In this document: positions 29,349 to 39,639 of the stretch, piece by piece
Layout of the letters: each line of letters opens with the position of its first letter
How positions within the stretch are numbered: position 1 is the stretch's first letter
Assembly (NCBI GenBank): GCA_031414775.1
Contig: JANOQI010000046.1
Location: 96,001-160,000 of the forward strand
DNA from: Synechococcales cyanobacterium VAR_4_metabat_354
GTDB taxonomy: Bacteria; Cyanobacteriota; Cyanobacteriia; Cyanobacteriales; Chamaesiphonaceae
Reading direction: 5' to 3'
Length of the DNA stretch: 64,000 nt
The notes under the pieces: generated by a model
What the model was told of the DNA's origin: nothing
The model's input: only the letters and a program-made list of their open reading frames with translations
Databases searched by the model: none
Translations under genes and position numbers: made by a program

Positions 29349-30698
29349 ATGCTTCCTTGGCACTGGCGATCACTGCCTCTCGATAATCGGAGTGGTTCAC
29401 AGGTATTTAGCACTTTATTTTGGGCGGCATCGATCGCAACTTTATTAGAAAGTCCGGCGCAGTCTAGGCTAGCCATGTCTCGCTATTCGATCTGTGCTGG
29501 ATCGCCAAGAGTTATTAATGGAAAACAGCAGCTCTGGACACCACCGCTGGGCGAAATCATGCCTTTTTTGCGGCGGCTATTAGAGCGGGGACAGCCGCTA
29601 GCCCCCGATCTGAATTTACCATTTACCGGTGGCTGGTTGGGCTGGCTGGGTTATGAAACAGCTTGGGAACTGGAAAATCTGCCCCTACAACGCCCTGATT
29701 CTTTACCTTTTCCGGTGGCTTATTGGTATGAACCAGCCAATTTTGCTGTTTTAGATCACCAACAACAGCAACTGCATCTAGCAGCTACCGATCCAGATGA
29801 TTTAGTAGTGATGGCAGCTAAAATTACCACTGCGCATCAACCTACAACTATAGATTTGCTAGCAAATTTATCTAAATCACCACTAAATGTTAGCTTCTTA
29901 ACTACCGCTAAAGATTATCAACAATCTGTACTCCAGGCCAAAGAATATATTCAGGCCGGAGATATTTATCAGGCTAATCTTTCGATGCGTTTTACTGCTC
30001 AGATCGAGCAAAATAGTTGGTCGATCTACAAAAAATTGCATCAGATTAATCCTTCCCCCTTTGCTAGTTACTGGCAAACACCTTGGGGCGCGGTAATTAG
30101 TTGTTCACCGGAACGATTGGTGCGGCTGGATAGCCAACTGGCTCAGGTGCGTCCGATCGCTGGTACTAGACCACGAGGTGCCGATCTGCTCCAGGATCAA
30201 AAATTAGCTGAAATCTTACGAACCAATCCTAAAGAAATCGCTGAGCACATTATGCTAGTGGATTTAGAACGGAACGATTTGGGCAAAGTTTGTCAGTGGG
30301 GCACAGTTGAGGTGGATGAGTTGCTATCGATCGAACGTTATTCCCACGTCATGCATTTAGTCAGCAACATCCGAGGCAAACTAGCCGTCGGGCAAGATGC
30401 GATCGATCTGATTCAAGCGACTTTTCCCGGCGGCACCATTACCGGCTGCCCGAAGTTACGCTGCCTGGAAATCATTGCTGAATTAGAACCCAGTCCCCGC
30501 AACCTGTTCTATGGTTCCTGCGGTTACTTGGATCAACGTGGTCAGCTAGATTTGAATATTTTGATTAGAACTTTGCTCTATTATCAAGGACAAATTTGGG
30601 GGCAGGTAGGAGCTGGAATTGTGGCTGATAGCGACCCGGTACAAGAATGGGCAGAATCTTTACAAAAAGCTAAAGCACAAATTCAGGCCATTGGATAG
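29349..30698 (+). CDS. pabB: Aminodeoxychorismate/anthranilate synthase component I family (PabB-like)
   Basis: GDIYQANL, NPSPF, SPERL, PIAGTRPRG, AEH.MLVDLERNDLG, PGGTITGCPK. Confidence 0.75.
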   Translation: MLPWHWRSLPLDNRSGSQVFSTLFWAASIATLLESPAQSRLAMSRYSICAGSPRVINGKQQLWTPPLGEIMPFLRRLLERGQPLAPDLNLPFTGGWLGWLGYETAWELENLPLQRPDSLPFPVAYWYEPANFAVLDHQQQQLHLAATDPDDLVVMAAKITTAHQPTTIDLLANLSKSPLNVSFLTTAKDYQQSVLQAKEYIQAGDIYQANLSMRFTAQIEQNSWSIYKKLHQINPSPFASYWQTPWGAVISCSPERLVRLDSQLAQVRPIAGTRPRGADLLQDQKLAEILRTNPKEIAEHIMLVDLERNDLGKVCQWGTVEVDELLSIERYSHVMHLVSNIRGKLAVGQDAIDLIQATFPGGTITGCPKLRCLEIIAELEPSPRNLFYGSCGYLDQRGQLDLNILIRTLLYYQGQIWGQVGAGIVADSDPVQEWAESLQKAKAQIQAIG

Positions 30699-30792
30699 TG
30701 TTAAAGATGACAGAACGTCAGATAATTAGGCATTGACTATTTGATGTTGACTTCCAAAAGCATCAAAAATTTCCATCATTCTGTAATCTACA

Positions 30793-31062
30793 ATGACCGC
30801 TGAAAGTTATCTAAATCACCCCACTTTTGGTTTACTCTATCGCATTTGCGATCTGGGAGACGACCAAGAACTATTTACCACCCTCTACGCCCAGCGGATG
30901 TTTTTCCTGGTAAAAAACAGTGATGATGGCATCGCTTTTCAACCAATGACCCGCGCCGAATCGAGGATGATGGTGGATAACAGATTACGGATATTGCGTC
31001 GAGATGGCAATCTAGTAGAGCATGGCAAAATTCAGGCGATCCACAAACAAACATTTAGCTGA
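30793..31062 (+). CDS. pipX: PII/NtcA-interacting protein PipX
   Basis: YLNHPTFGLLY.IC, LFTTLYAQR.FFLV, RLR.LRR, ending QTF. Confidence 0.95.
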   Translation: MTAESYLNHPTFGLLYRICDLGDDQELFTTLYAQRMFFLVKNSDDGIAFQPMTRAESRMMVDNRLRILRRDGNLVEHGKIQAIHKQTFS

Positions 31063-31652
31063 TGGCTCCAGAAAAAAAGACAATCCGCCAACAACTGCTA
31101 ACTGAACGCCAGAACTTAAATAACTCTTTACACCAACAGCTCAGCTACAGGATCTGCCAACATTTAGAAGATTTTCTAGAACATCATCTCTCTAACAATC
31201 AAATAATACTGGCCTACTATCCTTATCGCCAAGAGCCAGACTTGTCACCGCTACTGCGACTTAGTAAATATCGGTGGGGTTTGCCACGTTGCTTGCCCGA
31301 TAATGCCACTGCTACCAAAATCGATCGACAGTTAGCTTGGCATCTTTGGCACGACGGAGAGCAGTTGATAACCAATCGTTATGGTTTGATGGAGCCAGCT
31401 GCCACCTCACCCGTCATTGATGTTGCTCAGGTTGGGGTGATTTTGATACCAGCGGTAGCGATCGATCAGCGGGGTTATCGATTGGGTTATGGGGGTGGAT
31501 ATTTCGATCAGCTGTTGAGTCAGCAAAATTGGCAGCTGGTCATGACGATCGGGGTGGTGTTTGATTTTGCATATGTACCCAAACTACCGGTAGATAAGTG
31601 GGATCAGCCGTTGGTTGCTATTTGTACAGAGTCCGGGCTAGTTAGTTTTTAG
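31062..31652 (+). CDS. ygfA: 5-formyltetrahydrofolate cyclo-ligase
   Basis: EPDL, YG..EP, PAVA.D..GYRLGYGGGYFD, ICTE. Confidence 0.9.
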   Translation: MAPEKKTIRQQLLTERQNLNNSLHQQLSYRICQHLEDFLEHHLSNNQIILAYYPYRQEPDLSPLLRLSKYRWGLPRCLPDNATATKIDRQLAWHLWHDGEQLITNRYGLMEPAATSPVIDVAQVGVILIPAVAIDQRGYRLGYGGGYFDQLLSQQNWQLVMTIGVVFDFAYVPKLPVDKWDQPLVAICTESGLVSF

Positions 31653-31797
31653 GCCAAGATTTTAAGAAACGATACCAGTCGCATGGATACCCTAGCGATG
31701 ACTGGCTTTCCGCGATATCATCAAAAGATTGTTAAGCTTGTTCGATATTTTTAAAAGTTTCTTGCCCTAAGCCTTAATAATTTTCAGGAGATAAAAT

Positions 31798-33099
31798 TTG
31801 GTTACTACAAATATGCTAAACACCACTAAGTCTGAGGAGATTTTTGCCTCCGCCCAAAAACTCATGCCCGGTGGAGTTAGCTCCCCAGTCCGTGCCTTCA
31901 AATCTGTGGGGGGACAGCCGATCGTATTTGATCGGGTTAAAGATGCCTATGTTTGGGATGTAGATGGTAACCAATATATCGATTATGTTGGCAGTTGGGG
32001 ACCAGCCATCTGTGGCCACGCTCACCCCGAAGTTATGGCCGCTCTCCATTCTGCCCTCGAAAAAGGCACCAGCTTTGGCGCTCCCTGCTACCTGGAAAAC
32101 GTATTAGCCGAAATGGTCATTGACGCGGTGCCCAGCGTGGAAATGGTTCGATTCGTTAACTCTGGGACGGAAGCCTGTATGGCCGTCCTACGTCTGATGC
32201 GTGCTTTTACTGGTCGCGACAAAATTATTAAGTTTGAAGGCTGTTATCATGGACATGCTGATATGTTCTTGGTCAAAGCTGGTTCGGGCGTAGCCACCCT
32301 CGGTTTGCCCGATTCTCCTGGGGTGCCTAAATCAACTACTGCGGATACCCTCACCGCTCCGTATAACGACCTAGAAGCTGTAAAGGCTCTGTTTGCCGCT
32401 AATCCCGATGCCATTTCCGGGGTAATTTTAGAACCCGTCGTGGGTAATGCTGGTTTCATTACACCAGATGCCGGATTCCTAGAAGGATTACGTCTCCTTA
32501 CCCAAGAAAACAATGCTCTGTTAGTCTTTGACGAAGTAATGACTGGCTTCCGGATTGCTTATGGTGGTGCTCAGGAAAAATTTGGGGTTACGCCGGATCT
32601 AACGACGCTAGGAAAAGTAATTGGCGGTGGCTTACCAGTAGGTGCATATGGTGGCCGCAAAGACATTATGTCGATGGTGGCTCCGGCTGGTCCAGTATAT
32701 CAAGCTGGCACCTTGTCGGGTAATCCCTTGGCCATGACTGCAGGGATTAAGACTTTGGAGTTACTTCAAAAGCCTGGTGCTTATTCATATCTAGATCAAA
32801 TCACCAAGAAACTGAGTGATGGCTTGTTACAAATAGCTCAAGAAGGCGGGCATGAGGTTTATGGTGGTCAGATTAGTGGCATGTTTGGTCTGTTTTTCTG
32901 CGCTGGCCCAGTGCATAACTATGAAGATGCTAAAAAATCCGATTTAGCCAAGTTTGGGCGTTTCCATCGGGGTATGTTAGAGCAGGGTATTTACCTGGCT
33001 CCTTCTCAGTTTGAAGCTGGTTTTACTTCTTTGGCACATACTGAAGCTGATATTAATAAAACTCTGGCTGCTGCTCGGATTGTAATGGCTAGTTTTTAA
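31798..33099 (+). CDS. hemL: Glutamate-1-semialdehyde 2,1-aminomutase
   Basis: [53 protein letters not shown]. Confidence 0.98.
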   Translation: MVTTNMLNTTKSEEIFASAQKLMPGGVSSPVRAFKSVGGQPIVFDRVKDAYVWDVDGNQYIDYVGSWGPAICGHAHPEVMAALHSALEKGTSFGAPCYLENVLAEMVIDAVPSVEMVRFVNSGTEACMAVLRLMRAFTGRDKIIKFEGCYHGHADMFLVKAGSGVATLGLPDSPGVPKSTTADTLTAPYNDLEAVKALFAANPDAISGVILEPVVGNAGFITPDAGFLEGLRLLTQENNALLVFDEVMTGFRIAYGGAQEKFGVTPDLTTLGKVIGGGLPVGAYGGRKDIMSMVAPAGPVYQAGTLSGNPLAMTAGIKTLELLQKPGAYSYLDQITKKLSDGLLQIAQEGGHEVYGGQISGMFGLFFCAGPVHNYEDAKKSDLAKFGRFHRGMLEQGIYLAPSQFEAGFTSLAHTEADINKTLAAARIVMASF

Positions 33100-33101
33100 T
33101 C

Positions 33102-33143
33102 AATTAATTGCCCTTTCTCAAAATTAGGAGAGGGCAATTAATT
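33102..33143. terminator. Stem-loop after hemL
   Basis: AATTAATTGCCCT ... AGGGCAATTAATT inverted repeat directly after the stop codon. Confidence 0.7.
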
Positions 33144-33379
33144 AGTAGGCTTCCAATCATTAGACCTCCTACAAAAGTCTAGGAATGTATTACCCGGAGT
33201 TACTAATCTGGACTCGTTACCATTGTCGGGGTCGCTCATCGATCGATAATAGATCCAGAAGTTCTCAGACTTCAACAACTACTTGCCCAGCATCCTCCGG
33301 ATAAAAAGCCCCGAGGCACCTCCCGCTTACAAATGCAAATTGGTCTTTTTCGTTTAATGAACTGAATCGACTGCGTAAA

Positions 33380-33661
33380 ATGGAGCTGAATAATGAGTTC
33401 ACGCTTCCTGTTATCCCATCTGACAAAAGCATTTGTGAGACTTGTATAATTGCTCAGAATTACATCCGGGAGTTAGAAGAAGCGGTGATTGTCGGTGGTT
33501 TTCTCACCGAAATTTACTCGTTTGACCCTGATTTGGTTAATCAAGTGCCCACCTTTACCCCCGAAGAAAAAGCATTCGCCCGCAGTTGGTGTGTTTGTGG
33601 AAACAACTTAAGACGTTATCGTCGGGGAAGATGGTCAAGATGGCTATGCTACTATGTATAA
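33380..33661 (+). CDS. Small Cys-containing hypothetical protein
   Basis: 93-aa ORF in a gap between hemL and the HEAT gene; CETC and CVC; no recognisable family. Confidence 0.35.
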   Translation: MELNNEFTLPVIPSDKSICETCIIAQNYIRELEEAVIVGGFLTEIYSFDPDLVNQVPTFTPEEKAFARSWCVCGNNLRRYRRGRWSRWLCYYV

Positions 33662-33724
33662 TGCTCCGACCATGTTATTAATAATAATTAACGGCTGGCT
33701 AGGAGAGGCATTCATACTAGAAAT

Positions 33725-34516
33725 ATGATCGATCATCCTTTGGATATGCTGCGCGAACAAGAAGACGAACTGGCATTGCTAGACATCGAAGATTTGGATT
33801 TAGAAGAGGATTTAACTAGTCCTCTAGATGCTTTTGCCGATGAACCAATCGCGGCCAAGCCCGATCCAGATGAGATGCTGGCTTTATTGCAGTCCTCTGA
33901 GCCAGGGCAAAGAATGCTAGCAGCGAGAGCTTTTTGCGAAATCCAAGATAGTCGATCGATCCCCTTCCTCATGAGTCTGATTACGGATCCTTGTCCGCTA
34001 ATTCGGGTCTCGGTGGCCTATGCCCTGGGTCGGAACACCAGCCCAGAGGTGGTATTACCTTTGATTCAGCAGTTACAAGCCGACTGGAATGGCTATGCCC
34101 GTAAAGGCATTGTCTGGGCTTTGGGTAACTGTCACGATCTACAGACGATTGTGCCTCTCATCCATGCTTTGAAAACCGATATTCCCTCCGTTCGCCTGTG
34201 GGCAGCTAGCTCTCTGGCCCAAGCGGCAAGCCTGGGCTACGAAGTGGTCTTAACCGTGATTCCACCGCTAATCGAAGCGATGGTCAACGATCCAATTTCA
34301 GCGGTACGCAGTAACTGTGCCTGGTCGATCGGCAGATTATGTCGCGAACTTCCATCTAATGTGGTCTACGCCACTGCTGTTGATGCCCTGATTGAAGTAG
34401 TGGCCGAAGATGCTGATTTAGGAGTCCGCGCCGACGCCAAGTCGGCCTTACTAAAGCTGGGTGATCCGCGCGGAATGCAAATTATTGAAGCCCTCGAACA
34501 ACTAGAGAGTCAGTAA
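33725..34516 (+). CDS. PBS-lyase HEAT-repeat protein
   Basis: RMLAARAFCE, VR.SVAYALGRN, RKG.VWALGN, VRLWAASSL, VRSNCAW. Confidence 0.88.
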   Translation: MIDHPLDMLREQEDELALLDIEDLDLEEDLTSPLDAFADEPIAAKPDPDEMLALLQSSEPGQRMLAARAFCEIQDSRSIPFLMSLITDPCPLIRVSVAYALGRNTSPEVVLPLIQQLQADWNGYARKGIVWALGNCHDLQTIVPLIHALKTDIPSVRLWAASSLAQAASLGYEVVLTVIPPLIEAMVNDPISAVRSNCAWSIGRLCRELPSNVVYATAVDALIEVVAEDADLGVRADAKSALLKLGDPRGMQIIEALEQLESQ

Positions 34517-35164
34517 AGATTTGGCCTGTTCAGCCACTTTCTCTTCAGTATCTTGAGATAATTCAGTTAATAGCGCTTGGGCTTCGGCACCACCAATATT
34601 TCCCAGAGCCTGAGCCAAGCGATAGCGCACCTGCCAGTCGGGATCGGTCATGGCCGTTTTTAGTAAATCAATGCCCGCTGGTAATTTTAGTTCGCCAATC
34701 GCCCCGATTGCTGCTGTTTGCACTAATTCTACCGACGATTGCAGGGCAATAGCTAGCAATGGCAAAGCTCTGGGGTCTCCCAGTTCTCCCAATGCCGCAA
34801 TAATGCTGAATTGCAACAGCCATTCGGTGGTGCTGTGATAAACACTTTCTAAATCGGGAAAAGCTTCAGTTAGTTTTAAGGCTCCGATCGAATCCGCCGC
34901 TGCGGCCTTAACATCATATTCCGGATCGTTGTGCAGCCGATCTTTGAGAACCTCCAAACTAGCTGCTAAATCTTGATCGCCCAGGGTATCTAGCTGGCTG
35001 ACCGCCGCATAACGCACCCGCGCACTGCTGTCATACAAGGGATTTTGGAGTAATGGATAGCCAATAGCTGGAGCGAGCTGCCGGATTTCGTTGACCCCCC
35101 GCAATCGATCGCCTAGGTCAGCGGAAGCGAGAAGAGTTTGCACTGATTCTGGAGTAATGCTCAT
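34502..35164 (-). CDS. nblB: Phycobilisome degradation HEAT-repeat protein NblB
   Basis: MSITPESV..LL.S.D.GDRL..VN..R, RVRYAAVSQL, EWL..FSIIAALGE, DWQVRYR. Confidence 0.85.
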   Translation of the reverse strand: MSITPESVQTLLASADLGDRLRGVNEIRQLAPAIGYPLLQNPLYDSSARVRYAAVSQLDTLGDQDLAASLEVLKDRLHNDPEYDVKAAAADSIGALKLTEAFPDLESVYHSTTEWLLQFSIIAALGELGDPRALPLLAIALQSSVELVQTAAIGAIGELKLPAGIDLLKTAMTDPDWQVRYRLAQALGNIGGAEAQALLTELSQDTEEKVAEQAKSLLTL

Positions 35165-35232
35165 GAGATCGATTAAGGAACGGTGATTCTTTCATGAAAC
35201 CACATTTCTACCACTCAGTAACTGCTGATAGC

Positions 35233-37002
35233 TTACTGTGTACTTTGCAACCACTCATTAATGCCCTGGGCGATCGATCGCGCTAACTTTTTTTGCTCTG
35301 AAGCATTAGTGACCCATTCAAATTCATTGGGATTAGTCATAAAACCCAATTCTAGCAACACCGCTGGGGCTGCCGTCGGACGAGTCAACGCTAAATTATT
35401 CCAAAATACCCCATAGGAAGGTCTGCTGAGCTGCTTAACTACGTGTTTTTGCATAAACACCGCGAGGCTATGGGCTTGGGTGTTATACCAAAAAGTGCCG
35501 ACCCCTTTAGTTTTTTCTAAATCACCATTATCTGGCAGCGAATTATAGTGAATGGACACGGACAATACTGGTTCTTCTCGATCTATCTTAGCCATTCGCT
35601 CCACCAAAGATACATCGCGATCATCTTCCCTGGTCATCACTACCGTCGCGCCGAGCTTGATTAATTCAGCTTGTACTAATTTTGAGACAGCCAAATTCAC
35701 ATCTTTTTCGAGATAGCCGTTTGGTCCTGGTGCTCCCGATTCTTTACCACCATGTCCGGCATCTACCAGTATTTTAATCCCAGTTAAGGGCTGGGGAATT
35801 TTTCCAGCTAGTACTGGCGGATGCCGTAAAGATAAAATTAGACTGGTACCTTCGTACCTTAATTTATAACCCCACTGCTGACTTTTTTTGAGGTTAAAAG
35901 TATATTGAGCTTTACCGGGAGCCACCTGTTGCCAATCCAATCGAGAAATTAGGGGATTATCATCCAGGCGAATTACATCCGTTTGAGCAGTGGTGTTGTG
36001 GAGTGTCAGACTAAAAGAGTTACTGCTTTGCTGTACGGTCACTGGGACTGCCGTCGATAATGGAAAAGTCATTTCGGTACGATCGGCGAGTTTGCGATAA
36101 CCAACACTGCGAATGATCGCACGAGGAGGCACCGTACCAGGGGGCAGTATTTGAGTTTCTTTGCTATTGATCCAGCCACCATAGTCTAACTGCAACCATT
36201 CCCCGGCACGGCCAGTAATAGCGGCTCTAGTCGATTTGGGTAAAGGGGTGAGCCGGGAATAATCGGTGCTTGCTCCTGTTCGTGCCACCCCCGCATCGGT
36301 AGTTACTTCGGCAACTTGCAATTGGGTTGGTGAGAGAATTGTAATTTTTCCAGCACCAGGTTGCGTAGCGGTTTTACCGTTTTGGGTTAATTGAAATTCG
36401 GGCTTACCCAAATCCAAATCTTTGTCTACGGTGGCGATCGATGTACAACCTGCATACTGGCTAATGCCGGTCTGAGAGATCGGCTGATTCTTACCAGTCA
36501 AGACGGCATTACTCGCTGGTAATTGCGCCTGGGGTGGTTGCGCCATGAGGGGAATGTTGAAATTGCCCAACTTGACAGACACCGTGGAATTGGGAGCAGC
36601 AACAGCACTAAAGCAAACTGGTTCTCCAGCTAGTTTAGCCACATCCACTGCTGGGGTGAGCGAATCTGGGGCAAAGGCTAGCCCTGGGGGCAACAAGGGC
36701 TGATTAGCAGTCCGGATCACCTTTAGTTGAATATCTTGATTCTGATAACGGATATTGAATAAATTCTCTCCCAATTGGAGCGGAAAACTAGGGGCAAAAT
36801 GACCAGATTTACTGCGATCGATCACTTTCCCGTTAAATGACACTTGTCCGGCTGGGGGCGCGGTGCCAATGAAAAATATTTTGTCAGAGACTGTTTGATG
36901 ATTGGGGGGCGGATAGGCAATCTTCAAAGACTGTTCTTGGGCTACCACGATCGCCGGTACTAGTGAAGAACCTAGTATTAATAAGCCTAACAATTGTCTC
37001 AT
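35233..37002 (-). CDS. N-acetylmuramoyl-L-alanine amidase with long N-terminal extension
   Basis: Signal peptide; DAGHGG.E.GA, EKDVNL, SIHYNS, AVLLELGF. Confidence 0.92.
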   Translation of the reverse strand: MRQLLGLLILGSSLVPAIVVAQEQSLKIAYPPPNHQTVSDKIFFIGTAPPAGQVSFNGKVIDRSKSGHFAPSFPLQLGENLFNIRYQNQDIQLKVIRTANQPLLPPGLAFAPDSLTPAVDVAKLAGEPVCFSAVAAPNSTVSVKLGNFNIPLMAQPPQAQLPASNAVLTGKNQPISQTGISQYAGCTSIATVDKDLDLGKPEFQLTQNGKTATQPGAGKITILSPTQLQVAEVTTDAGVARTGASTDYSRLTPLPKSTRAAITGRAGEWLQLDYGGWINSKETQILPPGTVPPRAIIRSVGYRKLADRTEMTFPLSTAVPVTVQQSSNSFSLTLHNTTAQTDVIRLDDNPLISRLDWQQVAPGKAQYTFNLKKSQQWGYKLRYEGTSLILSLRHPPVLAGKIPQPLTGIKILVDAGHGGKESGAPGPNGYLEKDVNLAVSKLVQAELIKLGATVVMTREDDRDVSLVERMAKIDREEPVLSVSIHYNSLPDNGDLEKTKGVGTFWYNTQAHSLAVFMQKHVVKQLSRPSYGVFWNNLALTRPTAAPAVLLELGFMTNPNEFEWVTNASEQKKLARSIAQGINEWLQSTQ

Positions 37003-37112
37003 GCAAACAGACCAATCAAAGATGCGAAGGGAAGACGTGAAGCACTGGCAAGGAGTTTAACATTGATTTGTAGTTTGTCAGAAATTGTGGCCGCTGGTCT
37101 CCACCAAAATCA

Positions 37113-38399
37113 TCACTGAGTAGTAGCCAAACGGATGCCACTGAATTGCCAGCGGGTGGCTGGTGGAAAAAAGTTCCGATAACTAGCCCGAATATGACTG
37201 TGTGCTGTGAGGCAAGAACCACCCCGCAAGACCATTTGGTTACACATAAACTTGCCATTATATTCGCCCACCGCTCCGGCAGCAGACTGAAAACCGGGAT
37301 AGGGTAAGTAAGCACTTTGAGTCCATTCCCAAACATCCCCAAACATTTGTTGCATTTGACTAGTGGCCGTTGGGGGCTGGGGATGAAGTAGGCCATTTTC
37401 TAGCAAATTGCCTTGCCGCAGGAGCTGGTTGGCGGCCACTTCCCATTCTGCTTCCGTTGGCAGTCGTTTTTGTGCCCATCGCGCATAGGCATCAGCTTCA
37501 TAGAAACTAACATGACAAACTGGCTCATTTTCGTTCAAGATCTGTAATCCAGATAATGTCATCACCCACCACTGATCATCTATTTTCTCCCAATATAAAG
37601 GAGCTGGCCATTGCTCAGTTTGCACGGTAGCCCAGCCTGCTGAGAGCCAGTATTCTGGGTTCTGGTAGCCCCCCGCTGTGATGAATTCTAAGTATTCGCC
37701 ATTAGTGACTAACCGATTGGCGATCGCATAGTCCTGAAGATAAATGGGATGACTGGGGGACTCATTATCAAAGGCAAATCCCAGATCGTGCTCGGGATGG
37801 CCGATGGTATACAAACCGCCAGCATATGCCGACCAGGTAGTGGCCGTAATCTGATCAGTGGTTGTGGTAACTATCGGCGGCAAATCAGCACAATAGATGG
37901 GGTGGAGCGGATTGCTACCAAGGATGTGTTTAATGTCTGTTAATAACAACTCCTGATGTTGCTGTTCGTGATGTAATCCTAGCTTTACTAAGGATGCTAC
38001 AGCTGGATCGATCGATAGTTGGGAGAGGAGGGTGTTCATGGCTCGATCAATCGCTGCTCGATAGCGATAGATTTCAGCAACGGTAGGGCGAGATAGCAAG
38101 CCACGTTGAATGCGTGGATGACGTTGCCCGACGGCTTCGTAGTAAGAATTGAATAGATACCCAAACTGAGGATGAAAGACTTCGTAATCTGGCAGGTTAG
38201 GTAAGAGAATAAAAGTCTCAAAAAACCAGGTGGTGTGAGCCAGATGCCACTTGGGAGGGCTGACATCTGGCATACTCTGCACCCCATAATCTTCGATCGC
38301 GAGGGGCTGACAAAGTTTTTCACTGACTTGGCGAATATTTTGATAATGCTCGGCTAATGATTGATAACTAGTTTGTGGAATAGCTAGGAAAATGGTCAT
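37113..38399 (-). CDS. egtB: Ergothioneine biosynthesis sulfoxide synthase EgtB
   Basis: SPPKWHLAHTTWFFE, FNSYY, HHEQQHQE (DinB domain), FGE-like domain with EYNGKFM and RASYRNFF. Confidence 0.93.
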   Translation of the reverse strand: MTIFLAIPQTSYQSLAEHYQNIRQVSEKLCQPLAIEDYGVQSMPDVSPPKWHLAHTTWFFETFILLPNLPDYEVFHPQFGYLFNSYYEAVGQRHPRIQRGLLSRPTVAEIYRYRAAIDRAMNTLLSQLSIDPAVASLVKLGLHHEQQHQELLLTDIKHILGSNPLHPIYCADLPPIVTTTTDQITATTWSAYAGGLYTIGHPEHDLGFAFDNESPSHPIYLQDYAIANRLVTNGEYLEFITAGGYQNPEYWLSAGWATVQTEQWPAPLYWEKIDDQWWVMTLSGLQILNENEPVCHVSFYEADAYARWAQKRLPTEAEWEVAANQLLRQGNLLENGLLHPQPPTATSQMQQMFGDVWEWTQSAYLPYPGFQSAAGAVGEYNGKFMCNQMVLRGGSCLTAHSHIRASYRNFFPPATRWQFSGIRLATTQ

Positions 38400-38464
38400 G
38401 ACTGTATTTATTTTATCTAATACCTTAATACAGGGCTATCCAGCTTTTCAACAGCTGAGCTTAA

Positions 38465-39004
38465 TTATTCGATAGTGATATTACGGCATTCATTCAGGAG
38501 CAGATTCAGTTTTTCCATTATCTGCCAGGGGTTGCGACCTTTAAAGATTGCTGCCATAACGGCTTCATGAGGATTTCGGCCAGTTTGGCGGACAGTGGCG
38601 ATCGCTACTTTGTTGGATAGTCCATATTTTGCTACTAGCCAGACGGCCAAAACGTGGCCGGTGCGCCCCACGCCGCCGGAGCAATGGACGACAACTTTTT
38701 GCTGCCGTTGGTCAGCAATGGATAAAAATGGCAAAATTTGGTGAAAAAGTGCCGTGCGATCGACTAAGCCAAAATCCTCGATCGGACTCCAACAGACGGT
38801 ATCAAGTCCGAAGTGCTCTTGGTAAATACCTAACAAATCTGGATAGCGGGTGAGCTGATTTTTTGATAGCAAACAGCATACTCGCTGAATGCTTTGCTGG
38901 TGCATGAACTCGATCCATTCTTTAATCTGTCGATCAGTGTATCCTGGGCGAGCTGAGCCAAACACGATCAGTTCATCTTCTGAGGCTGCCGCAAATTTGT
39001 ACAT
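38465..39004 (-). CDS. Dual-specificity/protein-tyrosine phosphatase
   Basis: PIEDF acid loop; VHCSGGVGRTG (HCX5R). Confidence 0.9.
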   Translation of the reverse strand: MYKFAAASEDELIVFGSARPGYTDRQIKEWIEFMHQQSIQRVCCLLSKNQLTRYPDLLGIYQEHFGLDTVCWSPIEDFGLVDRTALFHQILPFLSIADQRQQKVVVHCSGGVGRTGHVLAVWLVAKYGLSNKVAIATVRQTGRNPHEAVMAAIFKGRNPWQIMEKLNLLLNECRNITIE

Positions 39005-39158
39005 GCTGTTCTGAGTTGGCACAAGACTTGTTTTAGCTGTAGCAGCAGTCTCTACAAACTAACACTAGCATCAATGTTCATTCCCCAAAATGATTTAATT
39101 GGGAACATCTACCTAGCTTAGTAGTTCCTATGGACTATGTAGCTCTTTTTAATCAACC

Positions 39159-39614
39159 ATGCGCAAATCACTTCTGGTTTTAAACTTTTTCTTAGTAATC
39201 AGTACCGCCATTTCTGCTATCACGGCTGCCGTCAGCAGCGCCCAGATCGCTACACCGGGAGCCTCTGGCTCTCCAGGTTTCCCTGGTACCCCCAGCATGA
39301 CGAATCCCCGCACCCCGGCCTCGCAGCCACTGGCTTCTGTACTGGCTGCTTTCAACTGTCAAACCCGAGGCGTAGCTACTAAAGTTGTGCTCAAGTCTGA
39401 TCGCACTTATAAAAGCGGTGATAAGCCTTTTCCACCAGTTAGTGGTTTTTATCAGAAAGTAGGTGATGCTTACCGTTTCAAAGATGGGACTTTAAAGAAT
39501 CAGTCGATCGTGCAACTCCGGAACAGCTATTATTTAGTGGCAACTGCCAAAGAAGCCCGAGCGGCTTCGATCGCTGCCACTGACGCGGCCCTGGTCTGCA
39601 CCAAAAAAAGATAG
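39159..39614 (+). CDS. Secreted hypothetical protein
   Basis: Signal peptide, Pro/Gly-rich linker, small beta-rich domain with two Cys. Confidence 0.6.
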   Translation: MRKSLLVLNFFLVISTAISAITAAVSSAQIATPGASGSPGFPGTPSMTNPRTPASQPLASVLAAFNCQTRGVATKVVLKSDRTYKSGDKPFPPVSGFYQKVGDAYRFKDGTLKNQSIVQLRNSYYLVATAKEARAASIAATDAALVCTKKR

Positions 39615-39639
39615 ACCAAAGATGAATATGTCCGCATAA

